Shown piece by piece: positions 1 through 12,590 of a DNA stretch of 63,918 bases. Made by a program: the position numbers and the translations under genes. The stretch is taken from positions 62,083-126,000 of the forward strand of contig KZ538000.1 of NCBI GenBank assembly GCA_000934665.2. The letters run 5' to 3'. The first letter of the stretch is position 1, and the number at the start of each line of letters is the position of its first letter. Under the pieces are notes generated by a model that was given only the letters and a program-made list of their open reading frames with translations, did not search any database and had not been told where the DNA came from. This stretch comes from Catajapyx aquilonaris (taxonomy: Eukaryota).

Positions 1-1537
1 GAGAAGGGTGGGGGAGAGGAGGGCTGGCCCCGGCTGTACTGCAATGCCGGGTCCAACCCAGGGACGGGGGTGGGATATTCTCCCAAGCACCCCGTCCGAC
101 CAAGAAATGCGAGTCAGGTCCGAGGACCGCTCGAGGAAGAGAGTACCGTCGCTGGCGAACCAGCTGGGACCTCATACAACCCCATTAATTATTGTTTATT
201 ATTATTGTGTATTATTATTGTTTATATTTATATCAATATATAATTATCATATATATTATTGTCTGTATTCAGAATCACCTCCAGGGATGTAGTACTTATA
301 GAGACTGGGAAACAATGCCCGTCTGCGGCAACATTATGTTTAACACAATATTGTGTTCAGACGATGAGTGCGAGCGCACAGTGACGCAGCCTCACGCCAG
401 TCAGGCGCAATCAGGTATGTCGTGTGTGTATTGTTGATGACGTAAGCCAGTGTTGCCAACCTCAACAATGAGTACATGAGCTCTGATTCGTGAGTGGCAT
501 TGCCAGATGCGCCATAATGTCAGGTATCATTTACTAATAAGTTTAAATAATCTAAGTGTTTTGAGCCAACCTGTGGCTGCCAATATACACATTCATGGTT
601 TGGGTTATGTATACAGATCGCGCGGTCAGTGGCGCCTATACACGACCCACGAACTTGGAACACCCTGTACAGAAGGCCGGAACAACCTGTCTGATTGCCT
701 CGACAGCTGCCTCGGTGTTAAAATCAGATGGGCAACTTCCACCTTGAGGAAGTGAGGTGCATTCTTAAGAAACAGGGCGTAGTACGATAGTTCCTCTATT
801 TTCAGGTGTGACCTAGCATCCTTCCTCCTATGGCACTTGATTTTCTTATTCACTATACTCAACTGAGCTAAAAAAAATGTACATATAAAAACTCCACCAA
901 AACTCTGGTCTATTCGTTTATGAAGACTTTTCCTCGTCATATAGCGAGGATGGAATGTCATTGCGGGCACCATATTATGATGATATGCCTCGGAAATAAA
1001 ATTTTGGCAGCACTATACACGCTGATAACGCTAAAATCAGATTGGCTCTGATTGCCTGAGTCCCACCAGACCATACAATCAACCAGCCAATGATAGCAGG
1101 AATGTAATCAATCCTGGCAGTCATTGGTCATTTGCCGGCCCCTATGATCCAAAAAGCGGAGCAATTTGAGCCTCCCGTATAACATCATATTAGCTCCAGG
1201 CCACATATATTTTGCTTCTTCATTGTGCCATGATGTGGTCTCTAAAATCGCTCTTTACACTTATTCAGAATGTTTCTCCAGATATACTAGTAGCTTATCT
1301 ACGTACGTAGTTAGAGTATGATCACTTTTTTTTCTGTATTATACAGTACATATTAGTGGATGAAAAAGCAGGTTCAAGTTAAAATGGAAAAATGGTATGT
1401 GAATCACATTGTAAGCTAAATTACGCAATGCACGATACGTTGAGTATACATTTTTCTATAATTTGTATAGCCATCGATATTCTAGTGAACAATGTAGAAT
1501 TCATGACGTCCAAATTTAGAAGCATCTCCCTTTAATG

Positions 1538-1713
1538 CAGTGGTTCTCAACCCACCTGGTTGGCACTGAGCTGATAAAAAATTCACGTGTTTAATGGAAT
1601 TTTACTAGTGATTGGCAGCTTGCCCATAGGAATAAGGGATAAGTGACCAAAGAGGGCAGCGTGATCTTTCGCCCTGCCAAATGGGCCTCAGCCTAAAAAG
1701 TTGAAGAACCAGT
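1538..1713. mobile_element. degraded hAT(Charlie)-like MITE
   Basis: Ends CAGTGGTTCTCAAC ... GTTGAAGAACCAGT; no clear TSD. Confidence 0.4.
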
Positions 1714-2350
1714 TAGAGTCTTTCTGATACTTTGCCTTCAACTGAAAAAGTAAACCCCAGTTTACCCCAGTTTTTGATTCCTTTGAGTAGCCTACATAAA
1801 TTAATACTTCCAGAGTGTTTACAAGTCATATTTGAGTAACACACACACATATTATTTGCACATGCAGTGTGTGTATATTAAATCGCTATTCTAATACCAT
1901 TTTTCAACAAAGGCTTGGAAAATCGAGGCCACATTGCAGAGTAATTATTGGAATTCTAGCGAAATAATGAAGGTGCAGTACTTGTGTACTAATATATCCA
2001 TATATAGAATGCTATGCAGTTCTTGTAACCTTCAAAGCAATTTTTTCCCCCAGAAGCACCATCAACAAAAATGCCGGACCTTGGATGCTCGCATTATCAA
2101 GTGTTATTACATTCAGAGCAGGGATTATGAGAAAATATTGCGGAATATTCCATGTGTGTTATTGCACACAACGGTGAAAGGTTTTTCAACCCTAACACAC
2201 TTGTTATAAGAAAATCAATAAATAGTATTCTTCGAATGGAATAGACTGGAATAGAAATAGAATTGCCAGCTATAAAAGCTGATCCTGGCGGTATAAGTTT
2301 CTAGTGGGATGTGACATATGGAGGCCAAATATGTGGAATTATTCGTTACA

Positions 2351-2452
2351 ATAATGGCGAGGTTACAATGGGGGACATTAACTGAAGATGATTGGCTAAG
2401 TGAAGATAAAAGAACGTGTTTTTCATGTAAAGAGGATGAAGTGATCGATGAG
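2351..2452 (+). mobile_element. decayed non-LTR retrotransposon ORF2 C-terminal remnant (L2/CR1-like)
   Basis: IMARLQWGTLTEDDWLSEDKRTCFSCKEDE resembles the 'ARLR.G...R.C..C...E' tail motif. Confidence 0.4.
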
Positions 2453-5400
2453 AACAGGTCAAAATGGATAGTATAGGGTCTTATTTAATTCAGAGAAGGG
2501 AGGAAATGTACGATTTAACAAATGGAATAAAAGATGTAGATATGAAAATCTTGGGGCAGTTGGTAGAAGAAAAATAATGTGAGGAATTACTATAGGAAAA
2601 TTTGGGATAGAGAGAAAAACTGAAAGTGATTCGTGTATGGAGTTTGATTGGTAAAGCCTGTGTACGTAATGGTTTTTCGAACGTGGAATTGGGGTTAACT
2701 CCGAGTTGAGAAGGGTCGCAAGGTCGAGTTGAACCTGGAGTCAACCCTGTATAGGAAACCCGAGTTGACTCCCCAGCCGGATAACGGCGTCAAGAGTCGA
2801 GTGTTTCCAAGGATGGATCTGAGAGTCAGGGGCACCCCATACATGTGAAGGTGGACGATGCCGTTTTATCCCGGGAAAAGCGAGATACGGTTCAGGAGTC
2901 AAAATCGATTAATTTCGCGCTTAGTCTATTATTCGTTATGTTTACTGATCCAACTAGACCCTGGGTTCAACCCTAACACGCTCTCAACCCGGGGGTACTC
3001 AACCCCGCAATTTGTGCAGCCCTTGTGTATATATATAAAATATGGTACCAGCTCTCGACGAATGATCCGATATCCCTGTTGTTTGTGTTGATGGTAGCTA
3101 AGGATCTATTCCGTCATAATTATGGTATAGTGTTTGTTTTGGAAGAAATTATTTTCAAAATATGTTTACGGCCAAACGGTACTTACTTTTGAAATGAGGT
3201 ACGGTACTGGTAGTAGATTCTATGATTTTGCGATAATAGCATGATTTGTGTAGGCTATGGCAAAAATGTCAAAAATGAAAAAAAAAAAAAATTGAACAGC
3301 GGAATATAATGTGTCTTACGAGTGTACGGTCGACGCAGAAATGGCACATGATAGCACATTATTTTCTCATGTCTACTACTTTACTAGAGGTAACCAGCCA
3401 TGTAGTAACCTACTGGCACCATATGTCGAAAACTGGAAATATTTCCATATCTTTCTGTAAGGTATGATACAGCATCTCAAGAAACCAAGCAACAAAAGCA
3501 GGTCTCTCAGACGGATTCAATCTAAAAGTAACTCAACAAAGCAACGAAAAATCCGGAATGTAGTTTCCAAGGCGCCGATCGATTCCGGATATCCCTTTGC
3601 GTACCCTTTACCGAGACCAGTACTAGTAATGCGTTCAGCCGAGTTCTTTTCCCACCGCATGTTCTAGCAACAAGTGGCTCCAGGATCAGAGCACAAAAGG
3701 ATAACATACTGTACACTGCACTCATAGCATTACAACGAAATTCCGTTAAGAATTACGCAATATTTTCAGAGTGGAAATACAATTTTATGCTATTTTTAGA
3801 AGCGATGTTGCCACAATAGTGCAGCCTACCAGTACTTCCACTTTAACTCCCAGAAAATGAAATCGAATTCAAAATGCAATTAGTGGATTTGGAATCTCTT
3901 TATATGATGTAGCCTACAGTATGATAATTATATGCTCAAACTTGAAATTGTAAAAGTAAAATTTTGTGATTCAAAAAGGTGTGCAAAACGAGTGATTTTA
4001 ATGATTCTCAAATTTTGGCAATTATGTTTTTAGTTCATCTTCATATTAAGCATGAAATGTTTACTCAAGATATCCATAAAATTTCTAAAGTCTAATTGCA
4101 ATTGTCACCAATTTTATGTTTCTGATAACCAGAAAAACCGCAAATGAAAATACACCAAATATTTTTAACTAGACACATTTCAGTTGGAACAACCTGTAGA
4201 GCACAGTAATATTAGAGATACCATGTGGTTAGTAAGTTAGCCCACATCCATAATTTTAAAAATCTGTACTTTTCCCAGTGACAACGTTTTGAGTGGAATT
4301 ATACACACTTTGAAAAGCGGGCTTTCCAACTCCGTGACAAAATAATTGAAGGAGAGAGACAGAAGCGAGCGGAAAGTTGTGTCAACACGATCGTGAACTT
4401 ATGAAACACTCTGTGTACTAAAGTTTACCATCCCTGTTTCCGCCCATCCTGCAACCAACTTCACTCCCACGGTTCCTCTTCACAAGTGTCTCTTCTTTTG
4501 TAACCCAGCCAACTTCATGCCACCAGCTACAATTTCAGCCTTGTGACACGCACTAAAGTGTGCGTGCTTGATGCTGAAGTTCGCACACCTTTAATATTAC
4601 TCAATTTGCATTTTTGCTCCAGTACCTTCATATTGGCCTGGTACCCATCATGAGACACATCCCTACCCACGTTCCACCCACTTCACGTCATATGCCAGTA
4701 GGAATATCAACAGCAGACCTACCTGTAGGCTTATTTGGGACTCTGCGCATGAGACGTGCCAATTTTTTTTTGTTTTTTTGTTTTCCATCACCCTCTCCCT
4801 CCCTATCCCAGGCTCAAAGTCCCGACGTCGTGTCAACTATTTTTACACCTGTTAACCATATTATTTCGCGAATATTGACGTGTTTATTTACTTTCCGCCA
4901 ATGTGCTGTTAGATGGTTAGTAAAAAGGCTAGGGGTGTGAGGTTTGCTAATTTTTCTGTCGCTTTAACACCGCTTACAGTGTCGGCCAAGTTCCTTTCGC
5001 ATGACAGGGTGTGTTGCAACTTTTAGAGGTTGGGATGAGTCATTTTTCATTCGTGTTGGACAACACTACTGACGTTTTCAAAACAATGCAATGACCCCAG
5101 TTAGTTACAGGGTGTTTTAGTACTACTTTTTAGTTTGTCATATAGCAATACATACAATCGAATTATATAAAAATAGCAATGAATGAGGCGTCAATTATTT
5201 TTATATAAATGCAAAAAAATAAAAGTTTGCATTTTTCGAGCCAGTTCTCCCAAGTTCCACAGTAAATCCGGCAATTTGGATGGATTTTTGACCGAAGCGA
5301 TGTAACTGTGCTGCATGCTACAATACCTCCGACCCCTTGTTAAGGGCCTCAAACTTCAGTGGACACCTTGTTATGATATTCTACATCAGCGCTTTACGAG

Positions 5401-6338
5401 TTGCCGGCTCGTGTATTACCTTTAGGATGCAATAATGCAAGGTAAAGGACCATCCTATGGGATAATTTATGGCAGAAATCGTAGGCGGTATCGACTGTAA
5501 CGAGATGCTGTGACCTCCTTAGTAACTGTACAGTATCAGCTGAAGCAATATTGCAATAACTTGCATATTCAAGATGATTCAATTTTCTCCTCATTTTGTC
5601 ATCTCATTTTCAGCACCAATAATATTGCCTGTACTTTATGATTCCAAAATAAAAACGCGTTAATTTATGGGCCATTTGAAATTAATGTCTTATACTGTCC
5701 ATTGAAGCCAGAATTTGAATGATCACTTGTACAGAGCAACATTACAAATGACACCACCATATTAGATTCACTAAAAAATTCTTTTCGTGCAATCTGCAAG
5801 CTCGTTATAAGAACATAGTCGTACAGTACAGACTTGGGGATACCACAAGAAGTTGAATTCGATATCGCATTCCGAAATGGTTTTGTGAAAAATACATTTT
5901 TATTAACTCCTCACCAGGAAATCACTCTTTGAGGACTAATTTGTCGCGCACCACTTGTTAGGCTTGAAGCATGACTGATGGGCACAGTTCCTATGCCAAG
6001 AAAATTCCCATACGTCAGAAGTGAATTTTACACCTCTTTTACTAGTTTCAGATGTGTATGAGAATAATAATATATTCACGTTGTTAGCTCAACACATAGA
6101 CATAATATCGCAACAGAATCATTTACACTGTCTACCTTGCTGTCTACACTATTCATAACGTGCCTGAAAGGCCAATAGCATATTTTTTGATGTAATCATC
6201 CTTTAGTACAATTACAGGTGCGCCATGTTTGCATAGAGGCACACACAGCTGAGGACAATTTTCAGAAAAATTGGGTCGAAAATAAGTCCGACTGTAATCT
6301 AGTCCATGACGCACAATTTTTTACCAGTTACAGTATTG

Positions 6339-6340
<2 letters not shown>

Positions 6341-6415
<75 letters not shown>
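6341..6415. repeat. (AT)n microsatellite
   Basis: ~37 perfect AT units. Confidence 0.98.
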
Positions 6416-6418
<3 letters not shown>

Positions 6419-8056
6419 TTGTAAAATTGATCCCATTAAGTCTTTTAAACTTCCAACGGTCATATCTCTAAATCTTTAACTTTGACAGATTTCAGCCATT
6501 CAACCGCATTTGACCCAATCTTCCAATAAATTTCATCCCTTTTTAATTCAACACTCACATATCTTCACCAAACATAACAATTACCCGATCCTACCTTCAA
6601 AACATTTATCATCACATCGTGCAGTACCAAAAAACAGTACCCACCTGTATCACGTGGATCCCCGTAGGAATCCATGCGGTCCTTCCCGTAGCCTGGCAAG
6701 ATCGAGACTCAACTGCAAATCACCCCATGCACCCCTCACTACTCATGAGCACTGGCTTTTCGCAGGCCATTCAAACGGTCATGCGCTGAAGCGGCGGCAG
6801 ATGGGACCCAACACCTGCCACTTCCAAAATATATCTCACACACACACACACACACTGGGTCGAAAAGCGCAAGTCTACAAGACTGTTGGATTTTTCTGTT
6901 CGGGCCGTAAAATAAATGTAATCGGTTCCGAAAAATTTCCTGTTCGTGACGCACGTGTCGAAATGAGCGGAAAGGGGGAGCTGCTGTTGTCGCCAAAGAC
7001 GACGTCGAATAGAAAGCTAGGAGTTAAAACTGTAATGGGCCAGCACAATAGGTATTGTCATACGGAGAAACGAGACGCTTAACTAGCCATAAAAGACATT
7101 TATGCTTCTTGTGTTTGTTGGGAATGTGTTCGGAAATGAGGGGCAGCTATTGTGCCGGGCAATGGAGTTTCTAATTTTGCTTGATAAAATCTGAGTCAAA
7201 ATTATTTTTTTTGCTTCGTCCGATGCTAATTTTAGGCCGTGATTCATGTGTAATTTTTCTCCAGGTACGTTATGACAGGTTACTATAGGGCAGAAAATGA
7301 TAAAAATCATGATTGAACATTTCGAGCATATGGAATGTGCACACGGTGTTGCAATACAAGGGCAAGTTTTTTTTTGTAACCAAGGGAGTGTCCATGATTG
7401 GTCTAGCCGTAGAATGTAACTATTTTAAGTGGAGATCATTGCTAATAATAATATATTGTTGAAAAACTGAGTCAATTTTTCTACAGCATACATTATAAGA
7501 GAAAGTAGGCAGTTATACTATCCACTTAGGAAAAGTTTTCAAATTTCTTAAAATAGATTAGTATACACACGTCTTGGTAGACATTAAATGCCATTTATCA
7601 AGTAAGGATTTAAAACTGTTAACTACATTACTAAGGAATTCTGAAATGTATATTTTATATATTAGACATAAACCTAGGAAAAAATGAGCAGTGACTTGAC
7701 GCTTCAGGACTGTAATTGGCATGCTAATTGACAGTGATTGGACACCAGTTTAATGACCATTTTAAAGGTGACGGTGTCCAAATTAGAAGATTACATTATT
7801 AGCATACACCCCATTATAGCTAAAACTATATTAGATCTTACTACTAAGACGGTGCATTAACTATTTAACTGAGGCAATAAACAATACTACTAACGCCATA
7901 AATAAATGCACATTACTGCAACTTAGCTGATGCCAAAATTAATTCTATTCCTAAAGTAGACACCATTAATATTCAAGTTCTCCTATTACAGTCGACTACA
8001 GCACATCAAGCACCGTTAGTACCTCAGATAAACAGCATATGACAGCTTTTCCTTAC

Positions 8057-9598
8057 ATAGTTCCCTTGTAAGTCAACATAATTATGAAAGGACTCTCTGA
8101 GTCAGTCCTGTGGCCTCGGCCGATAAACTCCTGATGCTAAAAGGGATCAAGTTATGTTAAAGAATAACTAAGTAGAAATGTTGCAGGTAATAACACTGTG
8201 TGCAAAAAATTGCGAATAATGACATAAAAGTGGCTGAAGGAATAAACCGACCATCACAAGAAATTGCATTTATGTTCTCTGCTTGTCACATGTAATGAAA
8301 AACAAATAACTTACCGGTATTACTCACGTAAATTTCTTACTGATCTCATCCACCTATAGAGAGTACCCATCGAAGTTTATAACTTGTAAAGAGTATTATT
8401 TTGCAGTCAGAGTGTGCAAATGATAAAACTACTTAATGCACCAAGCCTTTTATTTTAAAGCCTTTTAGGTTGTTTTACAGAACACAATTATTACGTGACA
8501 ATGTAGTACTGTGCATACAGGATAAATTATGCTGCAACACATAAAATGCACGATGCATGGTATAGATATATTTTTCATGTACTAGTACGTACTACACTAT
8601 TGGGGTGCGTTACTCACCGAGAGAGGCAATCCTTCTCAATATCATTCCTTCCCTTCTGTGGCCCTTTCATTAGACTGGACTTCCTTTGACTGGCATATCA
8701 TTTACGATTCCTAATCACCTCTTCTATGACTTGGGAAACCCTTTCAAAGCCCCACGAGCTCAAAACTACGGCCAACATCACAGACCAGAACCACGGGGGC
8801 CACAGGGAGCTCGTATTAGTTATAGTCCATGTGTCTAATTTGTGTCTGGTTGTCTCACAGGACATTTTGTTGGCTGCTGATGATGGTACTGTCAACTGAT
8901 CTAATAATATTGCATTATTATAATTAAAGGTTGTAGGCTAAGTCTATAATTATTCTTTTAAGGTTGAATAAAATAATCAAGGGTCCCACTGGGGCGAAGT
9001 GGTAAAAACCTGAGTATTTTTGTTTTAATTAAGCGCAATTTTGTCAACTAGTGGAATATTTTGTTCCTCTTTTTATTAGCATGCCCACAAGATTGTCAAA
9101 AAGTAGCTCAATTAAAACTACAGTACCGCAAGGGAGTAAGCTGCTACGTATCGTATGCAATAAATCCGTGTATAGTATTCCTGGCCGTGTTCCTAGCCAT
9201 TACAAAAATATGGATACATGAGTATTATTCAAGTAAATCCAACGTGATTCATGCAAAATGCCACACTCTAAATGGGTTACATGGGAATCCACGGTTCAAT
9301 TTCGAACAAAATCTTTTCCCATAAAAGGAATGTAGCCCTACTACTCTCTGGTAAATTTCAGCACTAAACACTCGGACAAAATATATTTAGGCAGTCATGG
9401 CCTACCGCACAAACACAAACGCGATTTTAGGGTGCAAAGAGTGTCATCGTCATACTTATGATTGAGAATATTATCGTATGCATGGCATGACAACTGCTCG
9501 TCTTCGCAGTTGTCATGCCAACGTCCTATATAACCTTTGCGTTGTAGTGTGGGAGTGGGACAGGACTGCCATACGAAGATGCGGTCAAAGCATATCAT
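8057..9598 (-). other. cluster of candidate minus-strand exons (9598-9406, 8900-8618, 8353-8328/8315, 8136-8057); possible 131-aa ORF over the first two
   Basis: Each is bounded by an AG acceptor and a GTRRG donor. Exons 9598-9406 and 8900- join in phase 1 to give one open frame ending at TGA 8700-8698. Confidence 0.4.
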
Positions 9599-10086
9599 CT
9601 GGAGGGAGAGCAGAGGTCAATATAGACTCATTACATCAGTGCACTTGACATACAAACAAATCTCATAGATATTATCTAAAAAGAGGAGCGATAATATTTC
9701 ATCTAAAAAGACATATTTCGTATATGTGTGATGGATATAATACGGTAGCTCAATGTTTGGTAAACCTTTTTTGGATTAATTAACGTATCCCCAGCATCCC
9801 CATTCTATGGCACAAAAAATTACTGGTGGAACAATATGCACGATCCATCAAAAATAATATATCAAAAGGCATAATAACAACCAAATTCACATTTACACCA
9901 AATTGAATCTATCTGAATTATGTCACACAATAATTCAAAATGATCCGAGATTAACGATAACATGTATTCATAATGTGATAGCAAGAGTCACATATAAATA
10001 ACATTGATTGGTATTTACCCAATATTGATATATAATGAAATTTGTTTAATTTGCAACACACTACCATACTGTACCAGAGCCTGGTA

Positions 10087-12282
10087 TCACTTCATGATCA
10101 GGACACTCTTAAATTGATCGTTGGCAGCTGCTTTGAACTCCAGAGCGAAGGCTACCAAACCGAATCCAAACCCCACTGCAAGCAACACATAGGCCCCATC
10201 CAGTTGCTTCAGATGCAAAGGTGTAGGTGCATTGGGCAGTACCAGCACTTCTACAGAAGAGATACGACGTCTGCCCTTTCTTCTTGCTTCCTCGTGTTTC
10301 TGACTATAACATCTATCCAACATTCCACTCTGCACCACATTTCGCAAAATACTGTCAAACGCTCTTCTGAATGGCGTCTTCTTCCGAATGACTATAGCAA
10401 GCGATTCCATATACGGCAACTTCTCCATGTGAAATAACATGTATCCGTACTGGTCCGTAAAGTTGACCAATATCTCTGCCTGCGCAGCTTCTAGAAACGT
10501 GATGCATGCGAAGCGTTCTTGCAGGGCACGCGTCAGGCATGTTGTTACATTGTCCTCCAGCTGCATTTCCTGGCCTACTAACTGATACTCTTCTCGAAGT
10601 GACTCGCTGAAGAGGCTCTGAAGAGGCCGTTTGTAGGGTGGGTAAGTACCGAATGGGTATGACAATCGGAGCAGGTCCTCGAAGCTAGCAGGTGGGGTGT
10701 CGATGATCGGTATGGTGAGGAAGGTGGTCAGTCTGCTTTTGTACCCACAGCAAATGACAATGCAGCAACAGAGCCATACGCTGAGGAATACTCGTGATGG
10801 GTCAGACATGGTCGGAATATTCACACTTTGCTCCATTACCATGGCTACGGGTATGGTGCCGCTCGATGCATATTTTGTTGTTGTAGGATCCTGAACACGT
10901 CTGGACTGGTTATAGCTATTTCTCAACAGCGTTCCTGCGTGATTGACGGTTACGTCTTGCTTGGATGATCTGACGGCTATTTTTATTGGTCGAGACTGGT
11001 CAGATTCATATTTGACTGAACCTGACTGAATTTGAGGTTTGAACACTACACCAGCATGGAGCGGTCTGGATTGAAATCGCTCAGTTTGGCAGGATTCAGA
11101 CTTGACTATTCCTAACTGGACATGTCTGAACCGATTGAAAAATGGCGTAACATACTGACCGAATTCAGCTTTCTGCACAAGAAATCTGCTGTACACAGCA
11201 ATAGAATGAAACGCAAATCCCAATACTATCAGGCATCCTATGAGCAGCAACCAGAGCGACCATGTGAATGGTCTTATGACCGCAGTCCAGGCAAATCGTC
11301 TCTCAGGTTTTGTCGTCACCAGAACCAAAACTTCCATCCCATAAGGTGTTGTAAACTCCACGTCGCGGTACCTCCGTTCAGATATCGATGCCGGTATCGC
11401 AAACTCGATGTCCCCAGCAAGAAGCTCACCAATCAGGCCGTCCCACGTGTTGTTCGTCTGCACTCCAAAGAAACCTGATCGTGGTATCCTCGTTTCCCAA
11501 GTGAAGTTTAGCTGCTGAGACATGATTCTGATGATTTCGATGTCACAGGTGACCTCGTAGTTTTCTATAGGTATCCACTCATACAGTGTCATATTCAGCG
11601 TGTTCGTCGACCCTATTGTCATCAGCCTTCGACGAAAATTGTAGTAAAAGTCCGGAAAAAGATCCTTACTATTGTTCACAAACCCTCGTCCGATTTCGTA
11701 CGTGTTAATGTACAAAAAGCGACCGTACCCTTCGTTGCAGTGTGGACAGTGGGCTTCCAGCATCACTATGCGATCTGAAATCAGTCCGCGTGTAACACCG
11801 ACCTTGAACTTAATCCCGAGCTTGCTGGCTATCTCCAAAAAATACCTGGTTGGTCCTTTTCGACACCAAAGCACGTAATAATCCGTATTTCGCCTGATTC
11901 GGAATCGAAACTCCAGCATACGATCCATAAGTGTTTCAAACGTATTTTTCTTACTGGTAACAAAATTCAGCATGCAATGGTTCGAATACCGGCTCACAAA
12001 CACTGTCGGCCCATAGTGTTCTGGTTCGCTGTCATTTAGTCCATACACCAACACACTCGGCACTATATTGTACAAAATTTTAATAAACTCTGTAGCTTTC
12101 GATGGTAAAGAGATGTAGTCATGCGCAAGCATGACACTGCATTGTCTGTTCTCACCATACAATACAATGTCCTTGAATAGCTCATACACACCAAGATTCT
12201 TCTGAGTACTTGCAACAGCTACAAGGAGCACCAGCGGATAAAACTTACCCATTTCTGATTCTAAAATTGTGTGCCACACCAT
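10087..12282 (-). CDS. Divergent ionotropic receptor (IR; variant iGluR family chemoreceptor), single exon, 731 aa (or 721 aa from ATG 12252)
   Basis: Long uninterrupted ORF. Signal peptide MGKFYPLVLLVAVAST. S1 lobe 'CDIEIIRIMSQQLNFTW...WDGLIGELLAGDIEFAIPASISERRYRDVEFTTPY'. M1 'RPFTWSLWLLLIGCLIVLGF'; pore 'MEQSV'; M3 'RVFLSVWLCCCIVICCGYKSRLTTFLT'; S2 'KKTPFRRAFDSILRNVVQSG'; M4 'LHLKQLDGAYVLLAVGFGFGLVAFALE'. Confidence 0.92.
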   Translation of the reverse strand: MVWHTILESEMGKFYPLVLLVAVASTQKNLGVYELFKDIVLYGENRQCSVMLAHDYISLPSKATEFIKILYNIVPSVLVYGLNDSEPEHYGPTVFVSRYSNHCMLNFVTSKKNTFETLMDRMLEFRFRIRRNTDYYVLWCRKGPTRYFLEIASKLGIKFKVGVTRGLISDRIVMLEAHCPHCNEGYGRFLYINTYEIGRGFVNNSKDLFPDFYYNFRRRLMTIGSTNTLNMTLYEWIPIENYEVTCDIEIIRIMSQQLNFTWETRIPRSGFFGVQTNNTWDGLIGELLAGDIEFAIPASISERRYRDVEFTTPYGMEVLVLVTTKPERRFAWTAVIRPFTWSLWLLLIGCLIVLGFAFHSIAVYSRFLVQKAEFGQYVTPFFNRFRHVQLGIVKSESCQTERFQSRPLHAGVVFKPQIQSGSVKYESDQSRPIKIAVRSSKQDVTVNHAGTLLRNSYNQSRRVQDPTTTKYASSGTIPVAMVMEQSVNIPTMSDPSRVFLSVWLCCCIVICCGYKSRLTTFLTIPIIDTPPASFEDLLRLSYPFGTYPPYKRPLQSLFSESLREEYQLVGQEMQLEDNVTTCLTRALQERFACITFLEAAQAEILVNFTDQYGYMLFHMEKLPYMESLAIVIRKKTPFRRAFDSILRNVVQSGMLDRCYSQKHEEARRKGRRRISSVEVLVLPNAPTPLHLKQLDGAYVLLAVGFGFGLVAFALEFKAAANDQFKSVLIMK

Positions 12283-12295
12283 CTGAGGAACTCGG

Positions 12296-12303
12296 TTTAA
12301 ATA
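12296..12303 (-). promoter_or_regulatory. TATA-like box for the IR gene
   Basis: TATTTAAA on the minus strand ~45-50 nt upstream of ATG 12252. Confidence 0.35.
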
Positions 12304-12444
12304 GGTGGCGGAATAATTGGACGAGGAGCGGACATGTCGATATTCGCAACACTACATGAAACCTCCATCGATTTTTATTTAGGCTCTCATTGGCTCCTGT
12401 AATCACTATACACACTTCTCCAAACAACACTTGTCACTATGCAG

Positions 12445-12458
12445 GTTGTCGTGGCAAC
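12445..12458. promoter_or_regulatory. RFX X-box in the shared IR/dynein promoter
   Basis: GTTGTC-GT-GGCAAC matches the X-box consensus GTTNCC-AT-GGNAAC closely, ~133 bp upstream of the dynein ATG. X-boxes are typical of ciliary gene promoters. Confidence 0.75.
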
Positions 12459-12542
12459 CGGTGGTTTAAAGATCGGGAGTAATGTCAAGAAATGGCGTCC
12501 ACAGGGAGTGACTGGTATCCATGAATCAGATATAAAATCCAG

Positions 12543-12586
12543 GTAAGCCGGATGATCATGTGTCCTGTGCACATTGAACATTTCAG
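12543..12586 (+). other. putative 44-nt 5'UTR intron of the dynein gene
   Basis: CAG|GTAAGC ... TTTCAG|ATAA-ATG; an in-frame TAA precedes the ATG. Confidence 0.55.
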
Positions 12587-12590
12587 ATAA

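Noticed and set aside
6510..7082. 190-aa ORF after the (AT)n tract
   Set aside because: Non-ATG start, includes a CA repeat and no recognisable domain; probably repeat-derived (possibly Helitron-like, ending CTAG near 7086, but unsupported).
8618..8700. Selenocysteine or stop readthrough at TGA 8700
   Set aside because: Only 26 open codons follow, which is plausible by chance, and I identified no SECIS.
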